DNA of 64,000 nucleotides, taken from contig CM106586.1 of the NCBI GenBank assembly GCA_048013815.1, positions 4,340,001-4,404,000 on the forward strand, given 5' to 3'. The position numbers and the translations under genes were made by a program. Under the pieces are notes generated by a model. That model searched no databases and was not told the DNA's origin. It saw only the letters and a program-made list of their open reading frames with translations. Numbering within the stretch: the first letter of the stretch is position 1; every line of letters starts with the position of its first letter. Below are positions 62,926 to 64,000 of this stretch, in pieces. The stretch comes from Setoptus koraiensis (taxonomy: Eukaryota; Animalia; Arthropoda).

Positions 62926-63480
62926 CGCACCATCAGTAAACATATGTTTCAGGACGAGCTGTTTGAGAATAACTCAGGCAAGAGATGGTGCGGCATTGAA
63001 GCAGGAACAAAGAAATTAAACGATATATATTAATATCGAATCGCACACTTTATGAAAATATATATTATTATTCACATTTGCATGTAATCATAAGTAAATT
63101 TGATCAACTATAATTTTCCTTTTCACTGTGTCGGTTTTTTAACTTTTTGTTAGTTCTAAGTCGTAAAGCAACACCGCCATATCGTCTCTCAACTGAACTA
63201 GCTTCTCATCAATGGCTTTGATTGCGGTTGGATCTGATTTCGCTTCGATAGACTGGTTGATTAAAGTAAAATCGTTGATGATGTAAAAATTCCTTATATC
63301 TGCGATCAAGGTCATCAGCGATTGAAACGATCGGACAATTTCGGCTGCTCGTACTTGCACTTCGAATGTAACATGTTCAGATTTAGTATTGAGAATTTCG
63401 GCAAATTTATCCTGGATGTTGCGGACATTGTCCTTGAGTTGTTTCTGGTAGTCCTTTAGAGTGAGATCCTGAGAAGACAT
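62926..63480. repeat. 555-bp duplication of 59593-60147 (offset 3333 nt), three substitutions
   Basis: Direct comparison; differences at 62942, 62995 and 63037 only. Confidence 0.97.
63139..63480 (-). CDS. MED22: Mediator subunit 22 (copy B), CDS identical to copy A
   Basis: Lies inside the duplicated segment; ATG at the exact duplication boundary (63480). Confidence 0.8.
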   Translation of the reverse strand: MSSQDLTLKDYQKQLKDNVRNIQDKFAEILNTKSEHVTFEVQVRAAEIVRSFQSLMTLIADIRNFYIINDFTLINQSIEAKSDPTAIKAIDEKLVQLRDDMAVLLYDLELTKS

Positions 63481-63719
63481 TTCATTCAAAAGATATTTTA
63501 CAAAATCACAACTTCCAACAAATATTGCGGTCACCTTTTATTTTACATGTGATAAATGATATTTTCTTTGAGATTCTTCCCCGCTGCCCCAATGAATTGT
63601 GGAAGCAACGCACACCCAACGAAAGGTGCAAACCGTTTGACGTGCGATAGGAAATTATAGGGGGCGCTTCAGAGCGCAGAAAAAGCGCAAACGTAATAAG
63701 TAAAAATCAAAATTTTTCT

Positions 63720-64000
63720 TTATTGTAACTGGACTTTGTTACGGGTAAACTTCGTAAGGTCTGGACCATTTTTTAGGACTTCACTTAGAAGTGGTTTCTT
63801 TTTTTCTATCTCTTTGTGCGTGCTACACCAACGTTTATAACATTGATGCTTCGACCGGAGTAAAAGTCCCCTCTTTTGAATCTGTTCGGCCACTTTTTTC
63901 CACGGTATGTCCTTAGAGGATATAATATCGATGCTACCTGACCCGACTATATCCGCAACAATATCTCTGAGTATCAAATCCTCATGCTCTGTCCATCTTG
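63720..64000 (-). CDS. 3' end of a Myb/SANT-repeat protein (TTF1/DMTF1/Reb1-like); partial, runs off the window
   Basis: RWTEHEDLIL...IPWKKVAEQI...RSKHQCYKRW has Myb tryptophan spacing. Confidence 0.75.
   Translation of the reverse strand, partial: RWTEHEDLILRDIVADIVGSGSIDIISSKDIPWKKVAEQIQKRGLLLRSKHQCYKRWCSTHKEIEKKKPLLSEVLKNGPDLTKFTRNKVQLQ

Noticed and set aside
62926-63480. MED22 copy B as a retrocopy
   Set aside because: No poly(A) tail or target-site duplication seen, and no 5' UTR copied; a DNA-level duplication is simpler.

Overview
Eukaryotic (arthropod) genomic DNA, most likely a compact mite genome. An eriophyoid-like acariform mite is my inference from the intronless housekeeping genes, very short intergenic spacers and low-complexity protein expansions; it is not proven. 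The window has two compositional zones. About 1-19 kb is GC-rich, GGGCCC-rich and minisatellite-rich. It holds the 5' coding exons of a D2-like dopamine receptor (minus strand, ~1100 aa before TM1; TM3-7 exons not found in the window) and an orphan secreted proprotein. About 20-64 kb is AT-richer and gene-dense: TRMT112, SUV4-20/KMT5B, an AN1-only ZFAND5/6, PLRG1, an orphan repeat protein, a multi-exon melanotransferrin-like gene, a CenH3-like histone H3 variant, SHOX, a CCPG1-like protein, an RB-family protein, MED22, ARL2, CDC5L, a 555-bp duplication carrying a second MED22, and the end of a Myb/SANT protein. Strongest leads: (1) a probable single-nucleotide exon (G39840) that restores the transferrin reading frame; (2) a start codon created by splicing (A|TG) whose donor sits in the loop of a perfect 19-bp hairpin; (3) an H3 variant mixing canonical H3 marks with CenH3 features; (4) a giant, possibly 8-TM dopamine receptor; (5) a possible CDC5L-ARL2 dicistronic unit. 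I recognised no rRNA, tRNA, CRISPR array or transposase/RT. All homology calls are from memory of family motifs, not database searches.
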